From NCBI GenBank assembly GCA_964554385.1, contig CAZKOM010000001.1, forward strand, positions 1 through 59,177: a DNA stretch of 59,177 nucleotides, in the 5' to 3' direction. Position 1 is the stretch's first letter; every line of letters begins with the position of its first letter. The notes below the pieces were generated by a model. That model worked only from the letters and a program-made list of their open reading frames with translations, was not told the origin of the DNA and ran no database searches. Of the stretch, positions 18,405 through 27,585 are shown piece after piece. Position numbers and translations under genes: made by a program. Source of the stretch: an uncultured Flavobacteriaceae bacterium. GTDB lineage: Bacteria > Bacteroidota > Bacteroidia > NS11-12g > UBA955.

Positions 18405-19745
18405 ATGAGTACAAAACAAGTAATAAAAAATGCCAATATCGTTACGGATTTACGAGTAATGATTCAAGATGTTTTAATTGAAAACGGAATCATCGTAAAA
18501 ATAGCTGACTCTATTTCAGATCCACAGGCAATAGTAGTTGAAGCTGGTGGGAATTTTTTATTACCTGGAATCATTGATGATCAGGTACATTTTCGTGAAC
18601 CAGGATTAATTCATAAAGCAACAATAGCTACAGAAAGCAGGGCTGCTTTGGCTGGCGGTGTAACTTCTTTCATGGAAATGCCTAATGTGAATCCGCAATC
18701 AGTCACGTTAGAATTACTTGAACAGAAATATGCTATTGCTTCTCACAATTCAGCAGTAAATTATTCTTTTTATTTAGGTGCTACCAATGATAATCTAGAA
18801 GAAATAAAAAGAATCGATCCAGAAACAATCTGTGGGGTTAAGATTTTTATGGGAAGTTCAACTGGTGATATGTTGGTTGACCGGCAGAGAACATTGGAAG
18901 GCATATTTATGGAATCGCCTGTTTTAATTGCTACTCACTGTGAATGTGAAACAAGAGTTAAAGATAGATTTAAGGACGCCTTGAATTCCTTCGGTGAAAA
19001 TATGGATCCATCTATGCACCCGGTGGTTAGAGATGAGGTAGCATGTTATTTGTCATCGGCTTTAGCAGTGGAATTAGCAACGAAATTTCAATCACGACTC
19101 CATGTTTTACACATAACTACTGCGTTAGAACTTTCGCTATTCAGGAACGATATTCCGCTGTCTGATAAACGTATAACTTCTGAAGTTTGTGTACATCATT
19201 TGCATTTTACCGATGAAGATTATGCCACTTTGGGTAATTTAATTAAATGCAATCCAGCAATAAAAAAAGCAAGTAATAAGGCGGCTTTGTGGGATGGTTT
19301 ATTAACCGACAAATTAGATGTAATTGCAACAGATCATGCTCCTCATACGTGGGAGGAAAAGCAACAGGTTACGGCCAAAAGTCCAGCAGGATTGCCACTA
19401 GTTCAACATTCCTTACAACTGATGTTGGATAATGTAGAATTGGGAAAGTTAACGGTTGAACGAATGGTTGAAAAAATGTGTCACAACCCGGCAATTATAT
19501 ACGGGGTTAAAAATAGGGGATACATCCGCGAAGGTTATGCCGCAGACTTAGTGTTGGTGTCAAAAACTCCCTACACCGTTTCAAAAGAGAATATTTTATT
19601 TAAATGCGGATGGTCACCCTTGGAAAATCATACGTTCAACTATTCCATTGATAAGGTATGGGTAAATGGGGTATTAGGCTGGGATAACCCAATTGGGTTA
19701 ACAAATCAATACAAACCCGAAAGATTGAGATTCTATGTTCGATAA
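18405..19745 (+). CDS. pyrC: Dihydroorotase (amidohydrolase superfamily)
   Basis: IIDDQVHFREPG, GVKIFMGSSTG, IATHCE, LHVLHITT and IATDHAPH motifs. 446 aa. Confidence 0.88.
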   Translation: MSTKQVIKNANIVTDLRVMIQDVLIENGIIVKIADSISDPQAIVVEAGGNFLLPGIIDDQVHFREPGLIHKATIATESRAALAGGVTSFMEMPNVNPQSVTLELLEQKYAIASHNSAVNYSFYLGATNDNLEEIKRIDPETICGVKIFMGSSTGDMLVDRQRTLEGIFMESPVLIATHCECETRVKDRFKDALNSFGENMDPSMHPVVRDEVACYLSSALAVELATKFQSRLHVLHITTALELSLFRNDIPLSDKRITSEVCVHHLHFTDEDYATLGNLIKCNPAIKKASNKAALWDGLLTDKLDVIATDHAPHTWEEKQQVTAKSPAGLPLVQHSLQLMLDNVELGKLTVERMVEKMCHNPAIIYGVKNRGYIREGYAADLVLVSKTPYTVSKENILFKCGWSPLENHTFNYSIDKVWVNGVLGWDNPIGLTNQYKPERLRFYVR

Positions 19746-19748
19746 AAT

Positions 19749-20666
19749 TTAATTTCTCCGTCTGCGGGTGAAGAAACTCTTCAGTACATGCTCCATTGGT
19801 TGCGATATGTCGCAATCAATATATTCTATGTCTTGTTCTGTAAGTTTGTTCTTTACATCTTTAAGCCAGTTTTGTTGATTGGCTGAATACGCAGATTGAA
19901 TTTCGTCAGGTTGTAGTTTTATAGAAGCGCCTGTTTCTAAATCAATAAAACGAGTGGGTCTATTTTCAACCGACAATTCAATTTCAGTAGGTTGGTGATA
20001 AATGTGAAAAATTACGATTTCGCATTTTAAAAACTTTAGCAGTGCAATGCTCTTCCAAAAATTTTTAAATTCTGTTGAGTTTTCATCACCAAATAATAAA
20101 TCACTAAATATTAACACTAAGCTTCTTCGGTGAACCTGCATGGACATCTCATCTAAAGAAATTGGTTCATTATCAAATGGATGGATTTTTTCTGCTGTTG
20201 TATTATCCCAATAGGATTGCAATATTCCAACTCCTTGCTGCCAATGACTTAGCGTGCTTTTATTGGGTTGTTTGTGAATAAATCCTTGTTCATTAAATAA
20301 ATTAATGGAAAAGGCATCTTTTTGTTGCTGGAATAAAAAACTTAATGTTGCAGCAGATAAACAACCAAATTTAAGTTTAAGGGGATTTACCGCAGGATAT
20401 CTCATACTTCCTGAAATATCAACCCATAAATTAGCCCTTAAATTGGTTTCTTCATTAAATTGTTTAATATATTTTTTATCGGTTCGAGCCAGTAATTTCC
20501 AGTCAAGATAACGAACACTTTCGCCTGCATTATAGGGTCTATGTTCTGCAAATTCTACGGAAAAACCATGAAAAGGACTGCTGTGAATTCCTGTTATAAA
20601 TCCTTCTTTGGCTTTGCGCGCCAGTATTTCTAAATTAGCGTAGTGTTGAACCTCTTCAATTAACAT
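19749..20666 (-). CDS. DUF58 domain protein
   Basis: Family-typical N-terminal region (LEILARKAKEGFITGIHSSPFHGFSVEFAEHRPYNAGESVRYLDWKLLARTDKKYIKQF). The start was moved to the ATG at 20666 because the ORF-track TTG (20684) lies inside a terminator hairpin. Confidence 0.78.
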   Translation of the reverse strand: MLIEEVQHYANLEILARKAKEGFITGIHSSPFHGFSVEFAEHRPYNAGESVRYLDWKLLARTDKKYIKQFNEETNLRANLWVDISGSMRYPAVNPLKLKFGCLSAATLSFLFQQQKDAFSINLFNEQGFIHKQPNKSTLSHWQQGVGILQSYWDNTTAEKIHPFDNEPISLDEMSMQVHRRSLVLIFSDLLFGDENSTEFKNFWKSIALLKFLKCEIVIFHIYHQPTEIELSVENRPTRFIDLETGASIKLQPDEIQSAYSANQQNWLKDVKNKLTEQDIEYIDCDISQPMEHVLKSFFTRRRRN

Positions 20667-20696
20667 AAAAAAAGCTATCCCCAATGGAGGATAGCT
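20667..20696 (-). terminator. Rho-independent terminator downstream of trxA
   Basis: The minus strand reads AGCTATCC-tccattgg-GGATAGCT followed by TTTTTT and then directly the DUF58 ATG. The stem is 8 bp, extendable to ~10 with a 4-nt loop. Confidence 0.7.
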
Positions 20697-20718
20697 ACTA
20701 AGTTAGTGAATAATTAAA

Positions 20719-21036
20719 TTATAATTGATTTTCAATTTTCGAAGCAATCATATTCTTCGGTACTGCACCTACAATACGATCAACTACTTCTCCACCTTTA
20801 AATACTAAAAGGGTAGGGATACTACGAACACCGTAGTTAGCAGAAATGTCTGGATTTTCATCCACGTTTAACTTTCCAATTACGGCCTTACCCTCGTATT
20901 CGTTTGCTAATTCTTCCACTACAGGTCCGATCATTCTGCAAGGACCACACCATTCAGCCCAAAAATCGACCAATACGGGTTTATCAGAGTTTAAAACAGT
21001 TTCTTGAAAATTGCTGGTTGTAAAAGTATGTGCCAT
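20719..21036 (-). CDS. trxA: Thioredoxin
   Basis: 105 aa with the WAEWCGPC active site. Full-length thioredoxin fold. Confidence 0.96.
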   Translation of the reverse strand: MAHTFTTSNFQETVLNSDKPVLVDFWAEWCGPCRMIGPVVEELANEYEGKAVIGKLNVDENPDISANYGVRSIPTLLVFKGGEVVDRIVGAVPKNMIASKIENQL

Positions 21037-21060
21037 GATAAATAAATTTAATGTACGAAT

Positions 21061-21924
21061 TTACGATTTTTGCTCAATTCCAATGCCAAACAATGCAAAA
21101 TCCAATTTTACAGGGTCATTGGGTAGAATTGTCCGCATCAATGCCGTAATGTCCTTGCAACTCTGCCAATTTGCCACAACTCCATCAATTAAGTTTAACT
21201 GATTTGCTACCCGTAATACGTGCACATCCAAGGGTAAATACAAGTCTTTTGATTCAAAGGATTGCCAAATTCCAAAATCAACAGGACTATTTTTGCGAAT
21301 CATCCATCGCAAAAACATGTTTAAGCGCTTACATGCGCTATTTTTTTGTACTGAAGAAATGTGTTTTTCAGTTCGATGCGGATGTTCTAGTGAAAAAAAA
21401 TACTCTCGAAATTCTATTAAAGCCGCCTCTATTGGCTCTAACTTGGATGAGGATGAATTTGGTGATTTTCTTTTATTTGAATTATCGGAATTACCTTCTA
21501 TCTCCGAAGTATTTTTCGCTTTACGATTAAATGCACATTCTAAAGAATCGTTTTGGCTATAATGATACTGTAAAAATCTGCAGAAATAGGAAAGGTCAAT
21601 TCCGTTGAAGGTTCTATGTACGAATTGATGGAGTTTCTTGAAATCTTTTTGAGTTGCATTTCGTATGTAATCAAAAGGACTGTCTTCCATTAAGCCACAT
21701 AATAACTCTCCACTTCGAATAATAGATTTTCGATTACCCCAAGCAATACATGAAACGATAAACCCTATGATTTCAATGTCTTGTTTTCGATGAAACCTGT
21801 GAGGTATGCAGATGGGATCATATTCGATGAACGCGTTTTTCTCATGAAAATCGGCACTCTCTAAAAGAAATTCTATGATATCTGTAGGTACTTTTTTCGC
21901 AACAGATACTTTTTTAAGCGGCAT
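21061..21924 (-). CDS. TIGR02757/DUF2400-type conserved protein of unknown function
   Basis: My recollection of the family pattern: CIAWGNRKSI...ACKRLNMFLRWMIRKNSPVDFGIW...LPLDVHV. It also carries a Ser/Asn-rich insert (KNTSEIEGNSDNSNKRKSPNSSSSK). The start ATG overlaps the upstream stop (TAATG). Confidence 0.6.
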   Translation of the reverse strand: MPLKKVSVAKKVPTDIIEFLLESADFHEKNAFIEYDPICIPHRFHRKQDIEIIGFIVSCIAWGNRKSIIRSGELLCGLMEDSPFDYIRNATQKDFKKLHQFVHRTFNGIDLSYFCRFLQYHYSQNDSLECAFNRKAKNTSEIEGNSDNSNKRKSPNSSSSKLEPIEAALIEFREYFFSLEHPHRTEKHISSVQKNSACKRLNMFLRWMIRKNSPVDFGIWQSFESKDLYLPLDVHVLRVANQLNLIDGVVANWQSCKDITALMRTILPNDPVKLDFALFGIGIEQKS

Positions 21925-23090
21925 TATTCAGTTACTGCTTCTAACGCTTGTTCTAAATCGGCAATTAAATCGTCTATGTGTTCTATTCCAACGCTTAATC
22001 GAATCAAACTGTCTTTTAAACCATTGGCTTCCCGTTCTTCTTTCGGAATGCTGGCGTGGGTCATGGTTGCTGGATGTCCAACCAGACTTTCAACACCTCC
22101 TAAACTCTCTGCTAACGAAAATAATTGGGTTGATTTTAAAAACTGCATAGCCGATGATACCGAATCGGATTTTAAGGTGAAGCTTATCATTCCACCAAAG
22201 TCTTTCATTTGCTTTTTCGCCACTGCATGGTTGAAATGTTCTTCAAAACCTGGCCAGAAAACTTGACCTACTTTGGGGTGGTTTTTTAGCCAATGGGCGA
22301 TGATTTTTCCGTTTTCGCAATGTCTTTGCATTCGGATATGCAAAGTTTTTAATCCACGTAATACCAAAAAGCAATCCATGGGACCAGGGGTTGCTCCGCA
22401 AGAGTTTTGAATAAAGGCTAAACGATCTCTTAAATCTTGAGATGAAGTACACAGAACTCCCATAACAACATCGCTATGTCCGTTTAGGTATTTCGTAGCA
22501 GAATGCATTACAATGTCTGCACCTAATTTTGCTGGTTGCTGTAAAAAAGGCGAAGAAAATGTATTGTCTACCACTACGGTTGCACCAACTGTTTTTCCTA
22601 ATGCTGCAACAGATTCTATATCAATAATTCTCAATAATGGATTGGTAGGAGTTTCAATCCAAACCATTTTTGTCTGATTGTTAATAGCTGATTTAACCGC
22701 CGATAAATCGGACATATCTACAAACTTGAACTTTATACCATAAGGCTGGAATATTTTTGTAAAAATTCTATAGGTTCCTCCATACAAATCATTGGTTGAA
22801 ACAACCTCGTCACCCGGTTGTAGTAGTTTAATGCAAGCATCCACTGCACCCATTCCTGTACTAAAACAAAGACCATGTTCCATGCCTTCCAGTGCAGCCA
22901 AGTTTTTTTGTAAGACATCTCGTGTTGGATTTTGGGTTCTCGCGTATTCGTAACCTTTGTGATCTCCAGGAGCAGCTTGAACATAGGTGCTCGTTTGGAA
23001 AATAGGGGTCATTATTGCACCTGTGCTAGGATCTGGTTCGATACCTGCATGCAATACTAAGGTTTCAATATGCTGAGTTGTTAATTCCAT
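21924..23090 (-). CDS. Cys/Met-metabolism PLP enzyme (cystathionine gamma-lyase/gamma-synthase/beta-lyase family)
   Basis: PLP-lysine motif HSATKYLNGHSDV and N-terminal ETLVLHAGIEPDPSTGAIMTPIFQTSTY. 388 aa. The exact reaction specificity cannot be told from sequence alone. Confidence 0.9.
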   Translation of the reverse strand: MELTTQHIETLVLHAGIEPDPSTGAIMTPIFQTSTYVQAAPGDHKGYEYARTQNPTRDVLQKNLAALEGMEHGLCFSTGMGAVDACIKLLQPGDEVVSTNDLYGGTYRIFTKIFQPYGIKFKFVDMSDLSAVKSAINNQTKMVWIETPTNPLLRIIDIESVAALGKTVGATVVVDNTFSSPFLQQPAKLGADIVMHSATKYLNGHSDVVMGVLCTSSQDLRDRLAFIQNSCGATPGPMDCFLVLRGLKTLHIRMQRHCENGKIIAHWLKNHPKVGQVFWPGFEEHFNHAVAKKQMKDFGGMISFTLKSDSVSSAMQFLKSTQLFSLAESLGGVESLVGHPATMTHASIPKEEREANGLKDSLIRLSVGIEHIDDLIADLEQALEAVTE

Positions 23091-23094
23091 AATC

Positions 23095-23102
23095 CAAAAT
23101 TA
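23095..23102 (-). promoter_or_regulatory. -7 box TAATTTTG, 4 nt upstream of the ATG
   Basis: The minus strand reads ggtggTAATTTTGgattATG. Confidence 0.45.
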
Positions 23103-23167
23103 CCACCTTCGGTTTAGTTTATCTAAATCCTAACCGATAAATTTAATTAAATCGCCAATCTTTGGAT

Positions 23168-23746
23168 TTAGGAGATTTCCGCAATTACTCTTTTTACAAC
23201 CTCTGGAAAATAACGACCTTCTAAGTGATGAATTTTCTGCGCTAATGATTCTGCAGTATCACCCTCTTCCACGTTGCAGGAAAACTGGGCAATTATTTGC
23301 CCTTTATCATATTGTTCGTTTACCCAATGAATGGTTATTCCGCTTTGAGTTTCTTTTTGGGAAATTACGGCTTTATGGACGTTTATGCCGTACATTCCTT
23401 TTCCTCCGAATTTCGGAAGTAATGCCGGATGTAAATTAATAACATTACCATCGAAATAATCGATAAGAGACTTGGGGAATGGTCTTAAAAATCCTGCAAG
23501 CACCGCTAATTCTGCTCTGAATTTCAGGATGGACGCAAGCATGAAATCACTGTCTTTCCACTGGTCATTAGAAACCACCAAACATTCGATATCCAGTCGT
23601 TTCGCCCTTTCAATTACACCTGCTTGAAAATTGTTGCAGACAATTCCTACTACAATTCCTGATTTCGAATTGTCTGGTTCACTGAAGTACCGTACTAAAT
23701 TTTCGGCGTTACTTCCGCTTCCAGAGGCAAAAATGAGAATTCGCAT
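23168..23746 (-). CDS. purN: Phosphoribosylglycinamide formyltransferase
   Basis: MRILIFASGSGSNAENL..., NLHPALLPKFGG and HWV...YDKGQII motifs. 192 aa. Confidence 0.93.
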   Translation of the reverse strand: MRILIFASGSGSNAENLVRYFSEPDNSKSGIVVGIVCNNFQAGVIERAKRLDIECLVVSNDQWKDSDFMLASILKFRAELAVLAGFLRPFPKSLIDYFDGNVINLHPALLPKFGGKGMYGINVHKAVISQKETQSGITIHWVNEQYDKGQIIAQFSCNVEEGDTAESLAQKIHHLEGRYFPEVVKRVIAEIS

Positions 23747-23751
23747 GGTGT

Positions 23752-24897
23752 TTATAATCTAATTGATTCGCAAGCTTGAATGTATCTGTGTAATTCGCGC
23801 ATTAATGGCAAACGCGATTGATTAGGAGCAAATACAAAAGCATCCATAATAATGGTTCTCTTTAATTCCTTATCAACAAGATACCTGCGTACAAATGGAC
23901 CTCTACGGGTAGTATTTAATTCACTATACCAACCCTGTACTTCCAAGATATGTGTATCAATTTTGTTGATTTTGAAAGGAAAAGAGCCACTTTCTGTTAC
24001 TTCTACCCACCCACCTTCAGCGTTTCTTAGAATTTGTTTTGTGAATTGATTTCTTTCTTCAATAAGGCTGCTTTTATTGTGCCCATTCAAATTCATCACA
24101 GTATCAATTAATTGAATAATAATATTACTATGATTTTGTGGGGTTTCGTTTCTTAACCAAAGAGTTCTTCCATGTTGTTGAGCCTGATTTAATACCAACT
24201 TAAAAGTGTAGTTAAAATCAATTCCCAAACCATAATTCTCTAATAGAATAAGCGCAATGCTATCTTGATATTTACTATGTCCCTTGATTGAATTTGTTCC
24301 TAATGAATATTCCACGCCAACAAACCATTCTTCAATTTTTAGGTGATTTGCAGAAAAATTATCGAGGGATTGTTTTTTCCCTAACGGAAAAACTACAACG
24401 GTTTGGTTTTGGGCCCAAACATCTTTGTATTTATTCCCTTTTATGGTAATTGAATTGGTTGTGAATTCAATTGGGGTTGGTTTTATCGATTTTATGTTTT
24501 TAACTATTTCGGAGTTGCATTCTTCAACAGACTCGCCATCACAGAAAATACAAACCAAAGGCGATAAGTGATTTTTAATATTACCCGAAGAAGATTTTGA
24601 GAAAAATTCATCAGCTTCCAAAATATCATATATCATTAACGGCTCAAAGCCGCTGTTGGGGTTTTCGTAATTAATCATCAAACTATCCACTCCCCAAATA
24701 GTGTTAACAAACAAATTGAGAACGGGAGATTCTAAGCTAGAATGTTCGGTTGCATCCACAACAACTACTTTCGCGGAACTTGCTGAGCTTAATTCCGTAG
24801 GATTTCCTGCAGTAGGTGTATCACCACAAGAATTAAATAAAACAAATAAAATAGACGTTAAAATTCCGAAACTCAGAATTTGTCTTAGAGGTTTCAT
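23752..24897 (-). CDS. Hypothetical lipoprotein (possibly DUF4837-like; not verified)
   Basis: Signal peptide plus lipobox-like LFNSC. No recognisable catalytic motif. Tightly packed between the transglycosylase gene and purN. Confidence 0.6.
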   Translation of the reverse strand: MKPLRQILSFGILTSILFVLFNSCGDTPTAGNPTELSSASSAKVVVVDATEHSSLESPVLNLFVNTIWGVDSLMINYENPNSGFEPLMIYDILEADEFFSKSSSGNIKNHLSPLVCIFCDGESVEECNSEIVKNIKSIKPTPIEFTTNSITIKGNKYKDVWAQNQTVVVFPLGKKQSLDNFSANHLKIEEWFVGVEYSLGTNSIKGHSKYQDSIALILLENYGLGIDFNYTFKLVLNQAQQHGRTLWLRNETPQNHSNIIIQLIDTVMNLNGHNKSSLIEERNQFTKQILRNAEGGWVEVTESGSFPFKINKIDTHILEVQGWYSELNTTRRGPFVRRYLVDKELKRTIIMDAFVFAPNQSRLPLMRELHRYIQACESIRL

Positions 24898-24928
24898 GGA
24901 TTTTTTAAGTAAAAACTAAAAATTCAGC

Positions 24929-26179
24929 TTATCGTCGTTTGTAGACAATCAATTTTTGGCCAACTCTTAAACGATCAGTTCTTAAGTTGTTCCAAGATTT
25001 GATTTGACTTACAGTTACCCCATGTGTTTTAGCAATGGAGGATAAAGTTTGACCACTTTTTACAGTGTAAACAGCTCTATAAGTACCTTTGGGTGTGCGA
25101 CTGGCAGTATTTTGAACTGGTGGCTTTTGATAAGTAGAACTTTTTTGATAGGAACTACCTGCACCAGGATATCCCATGTACTGGTATCTTGCATAGGTAC
25201 ACGCACTATCATTGTTTCTAATAAAGGACATACTCGCTTGATACGGTAGAAGTATTACGCTGTTTTGTGCCAAAGCGGTGTTGTGGCTCAATAATTCCTG
25301 ATTTAATTCCATTACCCCAAAATCCGGGCCTAAATATTGTGAAATTTTCTGGAGATGTAGGGTGGAATCAATTCGTGTTGGAGCTAGAACAATACTTTCT
25401 AGGTTATGTGATAGATTCTGACCTTTTGATGTGAAGTTTAAAACATAAGCCGCCGCAATAAATTTGGGTACATAATTTTGGGTTTCCTGAGGAAGGAACG
25501 GTAGAATTTTCCAAAAATCAGTTTTTCCTCCACTTCTTCTAATTGCTTTATTAATGTTTCCAGGACCGCAATTGTAAGATGCGATTGTCATTAACCAATT
25601 GTTAAATAAAGACTGTGAATTTAAAAAGTACTCACAAGCCTTTTCCGTAGACGTAACAATGCTTTTTCGATCGTCTACAGGAAATCCAACGCGCATCCCC
25701 ATCATTTTTCCGGTGTATGGCATGAACTGCCATAGGCCAGTTGCACCGCACCATGAAACTGCACTGGGATTTAAGTTGGATTCAATTACAGAAACATATT
25801 TTAATTCAGTTGGCAGCCCATATCTATCCAAGATTTCCTCAAAAATTGGGAAATATAATTTCATTCGTTGATGTATCATTTCATAATACTGTTCTCCATA
25901 ACTCATGAAATATCGAATGTGTTTTTCAACCAATGGATGATATTCGAAAGGAATATTGCTTCCTAACAGTTGCATCTTACGTTCAAAATCAGCCCCATTG
26001 TAATATCTGTTGTCTTCGGCAGAAACAGGGGAATGGCTAGGTATAGACCCATATAAAATACGAGTTAGACTATCGATTCTCTCAATGTCGTTGTCATACA
26101 TCGGATTAACGGGAGCCTGACCTTGAACCGAAGTCACAGCAAAAGTAAAAATTAGTATAAACCACTTAGCCATTCGCAT
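24929..26179 (-). CDS. MltD-like lytic transglycosylase with C-terminal LysM domain
   Basis: SLT motif VSVIESNLNPSAVSWCGATGLWQFMPYTG. LysM segment YTVKSGQTLSSIAKTHGVTVSQIKSWNNL...GQKLIV. The start was moved to the ATG at 26179 (MRMAKWFILIFTFAVTSVQG); the ORF-track start is TTG. Confidence 0.88.
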   Translation of the reverse strand: MRMAKWFILIFTFAVTSVQGQAPVNPMYDNDIERIDSLTRILYGSIPSHSPVSAEDNRYYNGADFERKMQLLGSNIPFEYHPLVEKHIRYFMSYGEQYYEMIHQRMKLYFPIFEEILDRYGLPTELKYVSVIESNLNPSAVSWCGATGLWQFMPYTGKMMGMRVGFPVDDRKSIVTSTEKACEYFLNSQSLFNNWLMTIASYNCGPGNINKAIRRSGGKTDFWKILPFLPQETQNYVPKFIAAAYVLNFTSKGQNLSHNLESIVLAPTRIDSTLHLQKISQYLGPDFGVMELNQELLSHNTALAQNSVILLPYQASMSFIRNNDSACTYARYQYMGYPGAGSSYQKSSTYQKPPVQNTASRTPKGTYRAVYTVKSGQTLSSIAKTHGVTVSQIKSWNNLRTDRLRVGQKLIVYKRR

Positions 26180-26185
26180 ATTGTA

Positions 26186-26193
26186 CAAATATA
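26186..26193 (-). promoter_or_regulatory. -7 box TATATTTG, 6 nt upstream of the ATG at 26179
   Basis: The minus strand reads cagtTATATTTGtacaatATGcgaATG. Confidence 0.45.
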
Positions 26194-26346
26194 ACTGATA
26201 AATGAGACTTTTATTGTGAGCAAAAACCAAGCCACACTTGATTAATTCGTAAAAATGTTAATTTCGCCTTCAGAAAAAAAATAAATAGTAGAAATTGTGA
26301 GTTTTTATTTAGAAAATGATGATTTGTTGCTATTTTTATACAATCG

Positions 26347-27567
26347 ATGAATATGTCGAAAAAACTCAGTGAATCGCCCGTAGAATCTTATGCTCAGCCA
26401 TTGGCGCAAGCATTGCCGATTGAATTTAAACAAGGAATTTTAAATATTGGAATTCCAAAAGAAACTACATTTCAAGAAAATAGAGTGCCTTTAACACCAG
26501 CAGCAGTTGGATTTTTGTCGGCCAACGGACACCGAATTGTAATTGAATCCGGAGCAGGCAGAAATGCGAATTTTTCGGATAACCAATTTTCAGAAGCTGG
26601 TGCTGAAATCGTCTATGATGTAGAGCAGGTGTTTTCTTGTGATACCATTTTGAAAATAGATCCACCAACGGACCTAGAAATTGATAAAATGAAATCGGGT
26701 CAATTATTGATTTCTGCACTTCAAATTAATCAATTGAATCCAGTACAGTTAAGAAAAATGATGGATAAGAAAATAAACGCCTTATCCTATGAATTTCTAG
26801 AAGATGATGGTGGCACAAGGCCAATTACCCGAGCAATGAGTGAAATAGCGGGAACGGCATCCATTTTAATTGCTGCAGAATACTTAAATAATACCAATAT
26901 CGGAAAAGGTGAGTTATTAGGAGGTTTTGCTGGGGTTCCGCCCACTCAAGTTGTTGTAATTGGAGCTGGCGCTGTTGGCGAGTTTGCTACGAAAGCAGCG
27001 TTGGGATTGGGGGCTAATGTAAAGGTGTTTGATAATAACATGTATCGACTTCGGAGAATACAAAAGTCCTTTGGTTTTCATTTGTATACCAGTACTTTAC
27101 AGCCTCAAGTTTTACAAAATTCATTGATATCCGCAGATGTTGTAATTGGAGCATTATCCGGTAATACCGCGCGCTCACCCATCGTGGTTTCAGAAGATAT
27201 GGTAATGAAAATGAGACCTAACTCTGTTTTGATCGATGTGGCGATAGATCGCGGTGGAAACTTCGAAACTAGTGAATTAACTACCCATCAGAATCCTGTT
27301 TTCAAAAAACACGATGTAATTCATTATTGTATACCTAATATCGCCTCTCGCGTTAGCAGAACAGCAAGTTATGCGTTAAGCAATGTCTTTTCACCTATGC
27401 TGGATGAGATGGCCCAAATGGGGGGATTCGCCGAATTTTTGAAGCATAAACAAGGGATTCGAAAAGGAACATACTTGTACAGAGGGAATCTAACAAACAA
27501 AAATTTATCCGATAAATTTGGATTTAAATACCACGACATTGATCTACTAGCCGGATTGTATTACTAA
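26347..27567 (+). CDS. Alanine dehydrogenase / PNT-family NAD(H) enzyme
   Basis: AlaDH/PNT N- and C-domains: IPKETTFQENRVPLTPAAV and the Rossmann motif VVVIGAGAVGEFA. The ATG at 26347 and the ATG at 26353 are both possible starts. Confidence 0.8.
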   Translation: MNMSKKLSESPVESYAQPLAQALPIEFKQGILNIGIPKETTFQENRVPLTPAAVGFLSANGHRIVIESGAGRNANFSDNQFSEAGAEIVYDVEQVFSCDTILKIDPPTDLEIDKMKSGQLLISALQINQLNPVQLRKMMDKKINALSYEFLEDDGGTRPITRAMSEIAGTASILIAAEYLNNTNIGKGELLGGFAGVPPTQVVVIGAGAVGEFATKAALGLGANVKVFDNNMYRLRRIQKSFGFHLYTSTLQPQVLQNSLISADVVIGALSGNTARSPIVVSEDMVMKMRPNSVLIDVAIDRGGNFETSELTTHQNPVFKKHDVIHYCIPNIASRVSRTASYALSNVFSPMLDEMAQMGGFAEFLKHKQGIRKGTYLYRGNLTNKNLSDKFGFKYHDIDLLAGLYY

Positions 27568-27585
27568 AGAAAACCACTAGAAAAA

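Noticed and set aside
7151-20666. VWA protein plus DUF58 protein as parts of a Bat/MoxR-type aerotolerance system
   Set aside because: The two genes are 10 kb apart and in different transcription units. No MoxR ATPase or BatA-E-type genes are present. The VWA protein is a T9SS-secreted multidomain protein rather than a BatA/B-type membrane protein.
23091-23167. SAM or other riboswitch upstream of the Cys/Met PLP gene
   Set aside because: Only 77 nt are available, and a -7 box lies 4 nt from the ATG. There is no conserved riboswitch core or multi-helix potential.
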